Shown: in pieces, positions 1 to 9,704 of the stretch
Numbering within the stretch: position 1 is the first letter of the stretch
Layout of the letters: each line of letters opens with the position of its first letter
IMG/VR virus record: IMGVR_UViG_2869947659_000009
Coordinates: 1-18,386 of that record
Strand: one strand, 5' to 3'
DNA from: a virus
Lineage: Duplodnaviria; Heunggongvirae; Uroviricota; Caudoviricetes
DNA length: 18,386 nucleotides
Notes under the pieces: generated by a model
Seen by the model: the letters and a program-made list of their open reading frames with translations, nothing else
What the model was told of the DNA's origin: nothing
Databases searched by the model: none
Made by a program: the position numbers and the translations under genes

Positions 1-342
1 ATGATGAAAAAAAGTATTCTGGCGTTTCTGTTACTCACCAGTTCTGCAGCGGCGCTGGCTGCACCGCAGGTGATTACCGTCAGTCGTTTTGAAGTGGGTA
101 AAGACAAATGGGCGTTTAATCGCGAAGAGGTGATGCTGACTTGCCGACCGGGTAATGCTTTGTATGTTATTAATCCGAGTACCCTCGTGCAGTATCCTTT
201 AAACGATATCGCACAAAAGGAAGTTGCCAGTGGGAAGACCAATGCCCAACCCATTTCGGTGATTCAGATTGATGATCCTAACAATCCCGGCGAAAAAATG
301 AGTCTGGCACCGTTTATAGAACGAGCTGAAAAACTCTGTTAA
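1..342 (+). CDS. yebY: YebY-like small secreted protein (DUF2511 family), 113 aa
   Basis: Complete ORF with an N-terminal signal peptide ([22 protein letters not shown]). Sequence recognised from memory as E. coli YebY, and the sdsR sRNA lies immediately downstream on the same strand as in E. coli K-12. Followed by a hairpin terminator. Confidence 0.65.
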   Translation: MMKKSILAFLLLTSSAAALAAPQVITVSRFEVGKDKWAFNREEVMLTCRPGNALYVINPSTLVQYPLNDIAQKEVASGKTNAQPISVIQIDDPNNPGEKMSLAPFIERAEKLC

Positions 343-377
343 TTACCTAAAATAGCCTTTTGATTTCCAATAAAAAA

Positions 378-414
378 ACCGCCTCAGTTCTTTCACCAGA
401 ACGGGCGGTTTTTA
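378..414. terminator. Bidirectional intrinsic terminator (yebY on + strand; candidate RyeA 3' end on - strand)
   Basis: Imperfect GC-rich hairpin accgcctcagttctttcaccagaacgggcggt, preceded by an A7 run and followed by a T5 run, so it reads as stem plus U-tract on both strands. Confidence 0.5.
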
Positions 415-500
415 ACATTTCAGCTGATGACCACCACGCTTTTTATTGACCATTTTGCACGCAAACTGGAAAACCTGGCGTCGTCATCTATTCTTAAAGG

Positions 501-603
501 GCAAGGCAACTAAGCCTGCATTAATGCCAACTTTTAGCGCACGGCTCTCTCCCAAGAGCCATTTCCCTGGACCGAATACAGGAATCGTATTCGGTCTTTT
601 TTT
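501..603 (+). ncRNA. sdsR: SdsR (RyeB) small RNA, RpoS-dependent
   Basis: Sequence gcaaggcaactaagcctgcattaatgcc...ccgaatacaggaatcgtattcggtcttttttt matches my recollection of SdsR/RyeB, including its terminal hairpin and U-tract. A sigma-S-type -10 (tctattctt, 487-495) sits just upstream. Position downstream of yebY matches K-12 synteny. Confidence 0.6.
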
Positions 604-636
604 AATTTCATTTGAAATCAATTAGTTGCAAATGTC

Positions 637-656
637 TCCCCGAAATTCCCCGAAAT
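637..656 (+). repeat. Perfect 10-bp tandem direct repeat (tccccgaaat x2)
   Basis: Read directly at 637-646 and 647-656, in the 130-bp gap between the sdsR 3' end and the integrase stop codon. Candidate integrase arm-type or accessory-protein site. Confidence 0.6.
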
Positions 657-669
657 TTACTCGAATTTC

Positions 670-690
670 TGTATTCCGGTCTTTTTTGGT
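670..690 (+). repeat. Imperfect second copy of the sdsR 3' terminator end (att-core-like)
   Basis: tgtattccggtcttttttggt (670-690) versus cgtattcggtctttttttaat at the sdsR 3' end (586-606), about 84 bp apart, directly upstream of the integrase 3' end. Confidence 0.4.
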
Positions 691-734
691 TATATCACAA
701 CCAAAATACATTTAACAATCCATTTACGTTAAAA

Positions 735-1263
735 TCAGAGCAGTAAGTACGTTTTTTCTCTCTCATCAAGATACATTTTTGTTGTCTTCTCCGATGTGTG
801 GCCAAGTAGACGCTGAGCAAATTCTTCTCCACATGTTTCTTTGTACAATCGTCCAGCCAGGCTTCTGACTTCGTGAAAAGTTGGTGGGTTTTCACTGAAC
901 TGGATACCTGTTAATTTTCTGGCTGCGACAAATTTCTTTGTCAGGCCGTCCGGGTGAATGCTGCCGTCAGGGCTGTTTTTTCTAATCCCGGCACTGATTA
1001 GATAATCCCCCCTACTTACCATGCGGCACTGTTCAACTACTGCACCAAGTCGTAAACCAGCGACAGGAAGGCTGAGTGACAGGGGGATAGCAATCATCAT
1101 TCCTGTCTTAATTTGCCTGATGTGGAGACGATCATCATAAATATCACTGAACCGCATATTCGTTATGTCTTCGCGACGTTGTCCTGTTACAAGGGCTAAA
1201 TCCATAGCTAATGGGAACCATGCCGGAAGTTGATCTGCTGCCTCCCTGATGCAGTTGTATGTC
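735..1263 (-). pseudogene. int: Lambda-family tyrosine integrase, C-terminal catalytic fragment (separated from the rest by IS600)
   Basis: Translation ...LAMDLALVTGQRREDI...PPTFHEVRSLAGRLY...FAQRLLGHTSEKTTKMYLDERE aligns closely to the lambda Int C-terminus (LAMELAVVTGQR..., PPTFHELRSLSARLY, LLGHKSDTMASQY) with the catalytic R, HxxR and Y. The fragment ends exactly at the IS600 end at 1264. Confidence 0.85.
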
Positions 1264-1429
1264 TGAGGTAGCCTGAGTTTAACGGACACTCCTTCCTGAA
1301 ATAGAATGGCATCAGAAGGAGCTAATAATGAGCAGAAAAAACCAACGTTACTCTAAAGAGTTCAAAGCCGAAGCTGTCAGAACGGTTTGAACCGCCCCGA
1401 GTTTCCTGGAGAGTGTTTTATCTGTGAAC

Positions 1430-2320
1430 TCAGGCTGCCAGATCATCGTTTCCGATGGAAGCATAATAAGCTTTTTCTGCTTCTGCCGGAGGGATGTGGC
1501 CCAGCCTTTCCAGCAATCGTCGATTATTATACCAGTCCACCCACGTGAGTGTGGCCAGTTCCACTTCTGCACGGTTTTTCCAGCTCTTACGGTGTATTAC
1601 CTCCGCTTTGTAAAGACCATTGATGCTCTCCGCCATCGCGTTGTCATACGAGTCGCCTGTACTTCCTGTTGATGCCAGTAATCCGGCTTCCTTAAGCCGC
1701 TGTGTGTAGGCCAGCGATACATACTGAGAACCTTTATCACTGTGATGGACCGTGCCGGACGGTCGACGGGCCCATAACGCCTGCTCCAGAGCATCCAGCA
1801 CGAATGTCGTTTCCATGGACGATGAGACCCGCCACCCCACGATGTATCCGGCAAACACATCAATAATGAACGCCACATAGACGAAGCCCTGCCATGTGCT
1901 GACGTAAGTAAAATCAGCCACCCACAGCTGGTCAGGTCGTTCTGCCACGAACTGACGGTTTACGCGGTCGCCTGCGGCAACGGCTTTCCGGCTGATGGTC
2001 GTACGGACCTTTTTACCCCGGAGAACGCCGGCAAGTCCCATAACCGCCATGAGACGTGCCACAGTGCATCTGGCCACTCTGATACCTTCCCGTAACAACT
2101 GACGCCAGACTTTACGCACACCGTATACCTGATGATTCCCATCGTATACGCGCAGTATCTCTTTCTTCAGCCAGTCATCGCGCTGCGCACGGGCACTGCG
2201 TTTATCAGGATGATGTCGCTGTTGCTGACAGTGGTAATACGTTGACGGGGCAATATGTAGTTCACTGCATACCGGTCCGACCCCGTACAGCTTACGCAGC
2301 TTATCCAGCAGTGGCATCAC
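1430..2320 (-). CDS. IS629 OrfB (DDE transposase catalytic part)
   Basis: 296-aa uninterrupted [32 protein letters not shown]... with the DDE region ...WVADFTYV...HSDKGSQY... Confidence 0.85.
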   Translation of the reverse strand: MMPLLDKLRKLYGVGPVCSELHIAPSTYYHCQQQRHHPDKRSARAQRDDWLKKEILRVYDGNHQVYGVRKVWRQLLREGIRVARCTVARLMAVMGLAGVLRGKKVRTTISRKAVAAGDRVNRQFVAERPDQLWVADFTYVSTWQGFVYVAFIIDVFAGYIVGWRVSSSMETTFVLDALEQALWARRPSGTVHHSDKGSQYVSLAYTQRLKEAGLLASTGSTGDSYDNAMAESINGLYKAEVIHRKSWKNRAEVELATLTWVDWYNNRRLLERLGHIPPAEAEKAYYASIGNDDLAA

Positions 2321-2643
2321 TTTTTCCAGAGGCGGTCGAACTCCGCCTTCGCAAAATAAGCGGAAGCCTGGCGAAGGATATCGTTACTGCGGCGCAGTTC
2401 ACGATTTTCACGTTCCAGCTCTTTCAGACGCTGACGTTCAGCGGTGGTGAGCCCGCCATCACCGCCTCCGGTATCCCGCTCATGCTGGCGTACCCAGACA
2501 CGCAGAGTCTCCGGTGTACAGCCAATCTTTGGGGCAATGGAACAAATTGCCGCCCACTGTGAGTCATATTCGCCCTGACTTTCCAGAACCATACGAATCG
2601 CCCTCTGACGGACTTCGGGGGAAAAACGAGTATTTTTAGTCAT
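2317..2643 (-). CDS. IS629 OrfA (transposase N-terminal, HTH part)
   Basis: 108-aa [29 protein letters not shown]... recognised as IS629/IS1203-type OrfA. It overlaps orfB in the arrangement typical of IS3-family programmed frameshifting. Confidence 0.85.
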   Translation of the reverse strand: MTKNTRFSPEVRQRAIRMVLESQGEYDSQWAAICSIAPKIGCTPETLRVWVRQHERDTGGGDGGLTTAERQRLKELERENRELRRSNDILRQASAYFAKAEFDRLWKK

Positions 2644-2978
2644 CCTGTTTACCTCTTTCTCAGGGAGTTTAGTCTCCAGGATTCCCGGGGCGGTTCAGTT
2701 CTTGAAAATCAACTTTCGATCAGTGAAGGCGCTTCCCGATTATCCCTTCCTGAAGGCACTTTAGGACAATGGGTTACCGCCGCCAGAAAAGGGCTCGGTA
2801 CTCCTGGTTCCCGCACGGTGGCTGAACTGGAATCTGAAATTCTGCAACTGCGTAAGGCGTTAAATGAAGCTCGCCTTGAGCGAGATATATTAAAAAAAGC
2901 AACAGCGTATTTTGCACAGGAGTCGCTGAAAAATACGCGTTAATCGAACAATGGCGACAACAATTTCCCATTGAAGCG

Positions 2979-3797
2979 ATGTGTCAGGTATTTGGTGTAT
3001 CCAGGAGCGGTTATTACAACTGGGTACAGCATGAACCCTCAGACAGAAAACAAAGTGATGAGCGGCTAAAACTGGAGATTAAGGTGGCACATATCCGCAC
3101 TCGCGAAACATATGGAACCCGGCGGCTCCAGACGGAGCTGGCAGAGAATGGCATCATCGTTGGTCGTGACCGACTGGCACGTCTTCGTAAGGAGCTAAGG
3201 CTACGCTGTAAGCAGAAACGCAAGTTCAGAGCGACTACGAACCCGAACCACAATCTGCCAGTTGCGCCAAATCTGCTGAACCAGACGTTCGCTCCTACAG
3301 CACCAAATCAGGTCTGGGTGGCGGACCTGACGTATGTTGCCACACAGGAGGGATGGTTGTACCTCGCTGGCATCAAAGATGTTTATACGTGCGAAATTGT
3401 CGGCTACGCCATGGGAGAGCGCATGACAAAAGAGCTGACAGGTAAAGCCCTGTTTATGGCGCTCAGGAGCCAGCGCCCACCTGCCGGGCTAATCCACCAC
3501 TCTGATCGAGGTTCACAGTACTGCGCATACGATTACCGGGTCATACAGGAGCAGTCTGGTCTGAAAACATCAATGTCGCGTAAAGGTCACTGTTACGACA
3601 ACGCTCCGATGGAAAGCTTCTGGGGAACGCTGAAAAATGAGAGCCTGAGCCACTATCGTTTTAATAACCGGGATGAAGCCATCTCAGTAATACGGGAATA
3701 CATTGAGATTTTTTACAATCGTCAGCGTCGTCACTCTCGTCTGGGGAATATCTCCCCGGCAGCCTTCAGGGAAAAATATCATCAGATGGCTGCTTAA
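2979..3797 (+). CDS. IS600 copy A OrfB (DDE transposase part); its partner orfA is disrupted by IS629
   Basis: 272-aa ORF MCQVFGVSRSGYYNW...WVADLTYV...HHSDRGSQY... It ends ...HQMAA because of TAA at 3795-3797, where copies B and C have CAA and run six codons further. Confidence 0.75.
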   Translation: MCQVFGVSRSGYYNWVQHEPSDRKQSDERLKLEIKVAHIRTRETYGTRRLQTELAENGIIVGRDRLARLRKELRLRCKQKRKFRATTNPNHNLPVAPNLLNQTFAPTAPNQVWVADLTYVATQEGWLYLAGIKDVYTCEIVGYAMGERMTKELTGKALFMALRSQRPPAGLIHHSDRGSQYCAYDYRVIQEQSGLKTSMSRKGHCYDNAPMESFWGTLKNESLSHYRFNNRDEAISVIREYIEIFYNRQRRHSRLGNISPAAFREKYHQMAA

Positions 3798-3840
3798 AAA
3801 AAGAACAAATGGTAGTGTCCGCTATTGCCAGTACACCTCA

Positions 3841-4276
3841 GTCTTTAGTTTCAGTCGTTCTCTTGTAACTACTATTTTCGGTGCTCTTGTTGGCGTGACT
3901 GGATTTTGAGATATACGTCCTTCAACAATGGCCTCGCGAAACATATCAGACAACACAGAACGCATTGATCCTGCCATTGTGTTTTTCCCTCCTTCAATCC
4001 ACAAATCAAGAAACTCGGCAATATGGCGAGTGGTTATTTCTGTCAGTAAAATCTCTCCCAATTTTTCTTTTATTGTCTTCAGTTGATTTGCCCGAATTTT
4101 ATAAGTATTTCTGGACACTTTTCTCCTTATAAGAATCGTTTTGTAACGTTCAATCCAGTCTGCCATAGTAAATGAGTCGAACCCTTTAAGTTTTTCAATT
4201 AAGGCAGCAGGAGAGTAGTTTTTGTATATATAATGATTTGCTTCAATTGCCTGCGCTACTGCATCTCTTCTTGAAA
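3841..4276 (-). pseudogene. int: Lambda-family integrase, central (core-binding) fragment; 5' end missing at the IS911 junction
   Basis: Translation RRDAVAQAIEANHYIY...WIERYKTIL...ITTRHIAEFLDLWIEGGKN...MRSVLSDMFREAIVEGRISQNPV aligns to lambda Int residues about 40-180. Removing IS600 and one GTC copy rejoins it in frame to the 735-1263 fragment (...RERLKLKT/YNCIREAADQ...). The upstream boundary is the IS911 end at 4277. Confidence 0.8.
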
Positions 4277-4284
4277 TGAAGTGG

Positions 4285-5453
<1,169 letters not shown>

Positions 5454-5572
5454 TGGAGCACCTGTGTTGTTCTGAGGTGAGCATATCACCTCTGTTCAGG
5501 TGGCCAAATTCAGTGTGCCACTTCATAGATAGGCCTGTGTGTTTATTGCTCGTTGAAAAAGCGCCATAGATT

Positions 5573-5869
5573 TTAGTCCTCCAAATCAATATCAACCTGG
5601 TGGTGGGCAATGGTTTCAGCCATGTACCGGATGTGTTCTGCCATGCGCTCCTGAAACTCAACATCATCATCAAATGCGTGGCTGATTGCCTGTTTATTGG
5701 CACCGTGGCGTTGCAAATGGTCGATGCAGAGCGATTCAAACAGGTGCTGAGGCAGACCTTTTTCCAGATCGTCCGCCAGTTCCGTTTCTTTTTCTTCACG
5801 AACGATCTGCTGGTAGTGACGAGCCCATGCCATTTCTTCAATACGATCAAAAATCGGGTAAGCGCTCAT
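5573..5869 (-). CDS. Hypothetical acidic 98-aa protein (prophage early-left region)
   Basis: [43 protein letters not shown]... with a GGAG Shine-Dalgarno 9 nt upstream of the ATG at 5869. No family recognised. It lies immediately beside the IS911 end. Confidence 0.5.
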   Translation of the reverse strand: MSAYPIFDRIEEMAWARHYQQIVREEKETELADDLEKGLPQHLFESLCIDHLQRHGANKQAISHAFDDDVEFQERMAEHIRYMAETIAHHQVDIDLED

Positions 5870-7577
5870 CACTGGTCACTCCAAAATTTTCAAGCTTGTT
5901 GGCAATCATCATTGCGATGCCAGGGATTGCAGGCGCATAGGCTATGCACGCAGGATTCGCACATAAACCGTAAACCGCCGCAATCAACACCTGTTTTTTT
6001 CCAGTTGAGTTCATCTTCGCCAGTTTCATTATTGCTATCATTATGCTGATCGCTGCCAGCGTTCTCCGGCAACAAATCATCAGCTTTTTCCGTTTTCTTC
6101 GGCTCTTCTTCCTGTGCTTCATCTGGTTTTTTTCGTCAAAAGTTTCCTGATAAGTTGCGTCTCCCATCACCGCGCCACAGTCAGGGCAGTTATCCTCGCC
6201 AGTCTGATTGCAGGGTGTTCCCTCCTCCGGTTCGCTGTTCTGGTGCTGTTTATCTTCAGTCTGTCGCACTTCATTTTCCGTTTTTTTGACTTCATTTGAG
6301 GAGATATGATGACCGGGAATCCATTTCGAATCATTCGGGTCGCTAATCCCTTCAACAAATTCTCCGCGAGAGGCAGCCAGTAATTTGTCTGCATCGACAG
6401 GATTTTTGGGCGGAATGTTTTTCCGGGCTTCATGGAGTTCTGTCCGCAGTTTCTGATATTTCGCATCAACAGCATTTACCTGTGACTGAGCATCCAGCGG
6501 CTGCGTGTCCTGATGATGTTCAGTTGCATCCGGTTCCACTGTTTCAGCCGTTGCCTGTTCATCTGCCATTGCGCAAGATGGTTGCGGTTTTTCTTCATCA
6601 TCCTGTTTTCCTTCTTCTGTTACACGTTGCGGCATCGGGGCAGAGGAGCGACCGCAGGCAATATCCACGATTTCCGGATCAGGGTTGGCATGATCGGTTT
6701 CAGTCAGTACCTTGTTCAGATATTCAGTGACGTGCGCGGGGATGACCTCGATACCAATCGGTGCTTCTTTCACTGACGCAACCACGATGGCGCGGGAATA
6801 ATCCATCCCGCCAGGCATGGTGATGAATTTGTCGCGGAAAACAGAAAAGGGTGGTTTATTTTCAGCGATAATTTCCTCAATGCGTTTAGCGTGTGCCGGA
6901 TGAAGGTTATAAATATCCACGTCCATTGAACGGGCCAGTACGCCAGTGGCTACGTCGCGCGCCAGCGACGTCAGATCGTGGACGAAACCTTCGCCGCGAT
7001 CGGTGAGGTTCCCGCCGCCAGCATTCGCACCGGAAGCCGTGCGCGTGATGCGTGAAACACGATTTCCTTTCATCCACTCTTTTGTCAGCAGACCGCGATC
7101 GGTGTAGTTGGCATCCAGATATGCTTCGAAAAAAGCAGTCATCAGTCCCAGATTTGAATTGCCAGGATTAGGGAAAACTTTGTCAGTATCACGCACGAGT
7201 TTGTGGAGATCGCGAATTTCCAGCGGGTCGAGCAGGCTGGTTTTATGCGAAACAGCCAGGGCAGTAACAGCTGGTAGTTCCTCAGCCCGTGCAATGTGTA
7301 ATGCCTGGAGTTCGTCGCGTGAAACGTACGTTACCGGTTTTTCGCTGCCGTGTTGAGCAAGCCAGCGAATGGGCAGCTCCTGACCAGAAATCGGGAGTAG
7401 CATATTCTCCTCAATCTCCGTCATGTCTTCGCCATTAACATTGGTATTGTCAGTGCTGGCTGGTTTGTCCTGCGCAGAGGGTGAGGGCGCGATAAATACC
7501 ATTGTGATGCCATCTTCCCCGCCTTTTTCGTAACGGTTGCAGAATTCCGTATCAAACACGCCTTCTGGTGGGAGGTC
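5847..7577 (-). pseudogene. recE: RecE-like (exonuclease VIII family) gene, distal part; interrupted upstream by IS600 and apparently lacking the C-terminal nuclease domain
   Basis: Long ORF with strings ([107 protein letters not shown]) that match my recollection of the non-catalytic N-terminal two-thirds of Rac RecE. After ...DPNDSKW the sequence diverges and ends in [10 protein letters not shown]..., a polybasic run and a hydrophobic tail, with nothing resembling a PD-(D/E)xK nuclease domain. Confidence 0.55.
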
Positions 7578-7641
7578 TGAGGTAGCCTGAGTTTAACGGA
7601 CACTCCTTCCTGAAATAGAATGGCATCAGAAGGAGCTAATA

Positions 7642-7884
7642 ATGAGCAGAAAAAACCAACGTTACTCTAAAGAGTTCAAAGCCGAAGCTGTCAGAACGGT
7701 TCTTGAAAATCAACTTTCGATCAGTGAAGGCGCTTCCCGATTATCCCTTCCTGAAGGCACTTTAGGACAATGGGTTACCGCCGCCAGAAAAGGGCTCGGT
7801 ACTCCTGGTTCCCGCACGGTGGCTGAACTGGAATCTGAAATTCTGCAACTGCGTAAGGCGTTAAATGAAGCTCGCCTTGAGTGA
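7642..7884 (+). pseudogene. IS600 copy B orfA with nonsense mutation (80 codons instead of 100)
   Basis: Identical to copy C OrfA up to ...ALNEARLE, then TGA in place of CGA (a single C-to-T change at 7882). Confidence 0.7.
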
Positions 7885-7979
7885 GATATATTAAAAAAAG
7901 CAACAGCGTATTTTGCACAGGAGTCGCTGAAAAATACGCGTTAATCGAACAATGGCGACAACAATTTCCCATTGAAGCG

Positions 7980-8816
7980 ATGTGTCAGGTATTTGGTGTA
8001 TCCAGGAGCGGTTATTACAACTGGGTACAGCATGAACCCTCAGACAGAAAACAAAGTGATGAGCGGCTAAAACTGGAGATTAAGGTGGCACATATCCGCA
8101 CTCGCGAAACATATGGAACCCGGCGGCTCCAGACGGAGCTGGCAGAGAATGGCATCATCGTTGGTCGTGACCGACTGGCACGTCTTCGTAAGGAGCTAAG
8201 GCTACGCTGTAAGCAGAAACGCAAGTTCAGAGCGACTACGAACCCGAACCACAATCTGCCAGTTGCGCCAAATCTGCTGAACCAGACGTTCGCTCCTACA
8301 GCACCAAATCAGGTCTGGGTGGCGGACCTGACGTATGTTGCCACACAGGAGGGATGGTTGTACCTCGCTGGCATCAAAGATGTTTATACGTGCGAAATTG
8401 TCGGCTACGCCATGGGAGAGCGCATGACAAAAGAGCTGACAGGTAAAGCCCTGTTTATGGCGCTCAGGAGCCAGCGCCCACCTGCCGGGCTAATCCACCA
8501 CTCTGATCGAGGTTCACAGTACTGCGCATACGATTACCGGGTCATACAGGAGCAGTCTGGTCTGAAAACATCAATGTCGCGTAAAGGTCACTGTTACGAC
8601 AACGCTCCGATGGAAAGCTTCTGGGGAACGCTGAAAAATGAGAGCCTGAGCCACTATCGTTTTAATAACCGGGATGAAGCCATCTCAGTAATACGGGAAT
8701 ACATTGAGATTTTCTACAATCGTCAGCGTCGTCACTCTCGTCTGGGGAATATCTCCCCGGCAGCCTTCAGGGAAAAATATCATCAGATGGCTGCTCAAAA
8801 AAAGAACAAATGGTAG
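7980..8816 (+). CDS. IS600 copy B OrfB (DDE transposase part)
   Basis: Open frame MCQVFGVSRSGYY...HQMAAQKKNKW. The upstream in-frame extension exists only because the orfA stop is displaced. Confidence 0.75.
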   Translation: MCQVFGVSRSGYYNWVQHEPSDRKQSDERLKLEIKVAHIRTRETYGTRRLQTELAENGIIVGRDRLARLRKELRLRCKQKRKFRATTNPNHNLPVAPNLLNQTFAPTAPNQVWVADLTYVATQEGWLYLAGIKDVYTCEIVGYAMGERMTKELTGKALFMALRSQRPPAGLIHHSDRGSQYCAYDYRVIQEQSGLKTSMSRKGHCYDNAPMESFWGTLKNESLSHYRFNNRDEAISVIREYIEIFYNRQRRHSRLGNISPAAFREKYHQMAAQKKNKW

Positions 8817-8841
8817 TGTCCGCTATTGCCAGTACACCTCA

Positions 8842-9054
8842 GTCATCAACAACGGGCAAATTGACGCGAACAGGTTTTTTGAAGTCATCTTCATCGTATC
8901 CAGCATCGTCAATCGCAACAGCACCACGGGAGATGGCAATGGATAATTTTTTCGCTTCAGCCCAGTAAAAACCGCCTTTAATACCGAGACGTTTTCTTAC
9001 TTTGTCATTTTTTGCTTCGTAATACAGTGGGTAAACTTGTTTATCGGTGTTCAT
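8842..9054 (-). pseudogene. recE: RecE-like gene, N-terminal 70 codons (upstream of the IS600 insertion)
   Basis: ORF MNTDKQVYPLYYEAKND...KPVRVNLPVVDD with a GAGG Shine-Dalgarno before the ATG at 9054. Removing IS600 B and one GTC copy gives the in-frame junction ...[23 protein letters not shown]..., resembling the RecE segment [23 protein letters not shown]. Confidence 0.5.
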
Positions 9055-9124
9055 TGTTTTTTAACCTCAACTCAGATTAAAATTACTGCGAGTGATGAAT
9101 AAATGTCCCAGGTTCTTCACTCAG

Positions 9125-9154
9125 GCCTGCACAGTGTGCAGGCTTTCTTTTTTT
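9125..9154 (+). terminator. Intrinsic-terminator-like hairpin on the + strand
   Basis: gcctgcac-agt-gtgcaggc stem-loop followed by tttcttttttt, in the 176-bp gap between two minus-strand genes. On the minus strand the hairpin is not followed by a U-tract. Confidence 0.4.
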
Positions 9155-9230
9155 CAGATTTCACCTTTTAATTTCATTGCAATCAGAGTTGCCAGAAATT
9201 CGGCTTTTTTTTCTGCGGGCAGATTCTTTC

Positions 9231-9428
9231 CTATGTGCACCAGACACATTTTTTTACACCATCGTTAAGTGTTTTAACGTTGCCTGATGGACCGTCGATA
9301 TCAACCACAGTGAATGGGGTTTCTTTATTTTCTGTCTTAATCACGTAGCCAATACGCTTTCCTTCCAGATTAACCTCGTGAACAATGTCATCAGTAGTTA
9401 CAACAGTGGCTTCATAACTGGTAATCAT
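9231..9428 (-). CDS. Hypothetical 65-aa protein
   Basis: ORF MITSYEATVVTTDDIVHEVNLEGKRIGYVIKTENKETPFTVVDIDGPSGNVKTLNDGVKKCVWCT with a strong AAGGAG Shine-Dalgarno 7 nt upstream of the ATG at 9428. C-terminal CxxC. No family recognised. Confidence 0.5.
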   Translation of the reverse strand: MITSYEATVVTTDDIVHEVNLEGKRIGYVIKTENKETPFTVVDIDGPSGNVKTLNDGVKKCVWCT

Positions 9429-9512
9429 GTTTTTCTCCTTAATTAAGGTTGAGCGAACCCCTGCCATTGCTGGCATATAAGAATGAAACCGGATATTTAT
9501 TACGGAACTGTT

Positions 9513-9704
9513 TTAAAGACCTGCCGGGATTTCGTTATTATCATGGTGAATAACTTTATCGACCGGATAACAGTCACCGGGAATTTTCTGTTTCGCTGCG
9601 GCAGTCATACATTCTTTCATTGAGCTGTATACGCCAGTAACCATGTCAACCGGTTCACCGGAAACAAGAAAAACCGTCAGAACGAGTGCAAATACTGTAT
9701 TCAT
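9513..9704 (-). CDS. Hypothetical 63-aa protein with N-terminal signal peptide or membrane anchor
   Basis: ORF MNTVFALVLTVFLVSGEPVDMVTGVYSSMKECMTAAAKQKIPGDCYPVDKVIHHDNNEIPAGL. Its ATG overlaps the stop of the upstream gene (ATGA at 9701-9704). Hydrophobic N-terminus and two Cys. Confidence 0.5.
   Translation of the reverse strand: MNTVFALVLTVFLVSGEPVDMVTGVYSSMKECMTAAAKQKIPGDCYPVDKVIHHDNNEIPAGL

Larger units (their letters stand above)
372..640 (-). ncRNA. ryeA: RyeA (SraC) antisense sRNA, approximate extent
   Basis: Inferred only: RyeA is known to be encoded antisense to and overlapping SdsR, and the bidirectional terminator at 378-414 would serve as its 3' end. The 5' end and promoter cannot be fixed from sequence; the promoter may have been displaced by the adjacent prophage. 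Confidence 0.3.
1388..2697 (-). mobile_element. IS629 copy 1 (IS3 family, 1310 bp), nested inside IS600 orfA
   Basis: Terminal sequences TGAACCGCCCCG at both ends. Encodes OrfA ([15 protein letters not shown]...) and an uninterrupted OrfB. Flanked by a 3-bp duplication GTT (1385-1387 and 2698-2700) of IS600 sequence. Confidence 0.85.
1264..3840 (+). mobile_element. IS600 copy A (IS3 family), itself interrupted by IS629; IS600 parts are 1264-1387 and 2698-3840
   Basis: Ends TGAGGTAGCC...GTACACCTCA. The orfA product MSRKNQRYSKEFKAEAVRTV... begins at 1328 and is broken at 1387. The orfB ORF is at 2979-3797. Flanked by a 3-bp direct repeat GTC (1261-1263 and 3841-3843). The two IS600 parts total 1264 bp plus the 3-bp IS629 target duplication. 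Confidence 0.85.
7578..8841 (+). mobile_element. IS600 copy B (1264 bp) inserted in the recE-like gene
   Basis: Ends TGAGGTAGCC...GTACACCTCA, flanked by a 3-bp duplication GTC (7575-7577 and 8842-8844). orfA carries a premature TGA at 7882-7884 where copies A and C have CGA. The orfB frame is open. Confidence 0.85.

Noticed and set aside
420-735. Expected tRNA gene next to the integrase as the attachment site
   Set aside because: I found no cloverleaf-compatible sequence or conserved tRNA 3' motifs. The adjacent structured RNA is the SdsR sRNA, which fits the position better.
3014-3253. 79-aa ORF antisense within IS600 orfB, repeated at 8015-8254 and 14392-14631 (and similar antisense ORFs in the IS629 and IS911 copies)
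   Set aside because: These are conserved only because the IS copies are near-identical. They are antisense to the transposase gene and are not known IS600 products.
5847-6050. C-terminal hydrophobic tail of the 570-aa ORF as a genuine transmembrane domain of a novel fusion protein
   Set aside because: It follows the point where RecE-like similarity is lost and overlaps the start of the next gene. It is more simply read as the run-on of a truncated or rearranged gene. I flag it for checking rather than annotating a domain.
6114-7356. Several 60-100-aa ORFs on the plus strand (6114-6299, 6482-6776, 7108-7356)
   Set aside because: All are antisense to the recE-like ORF, lack ribosome-binding sites and have biased composition. 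I treat them as non-coding.
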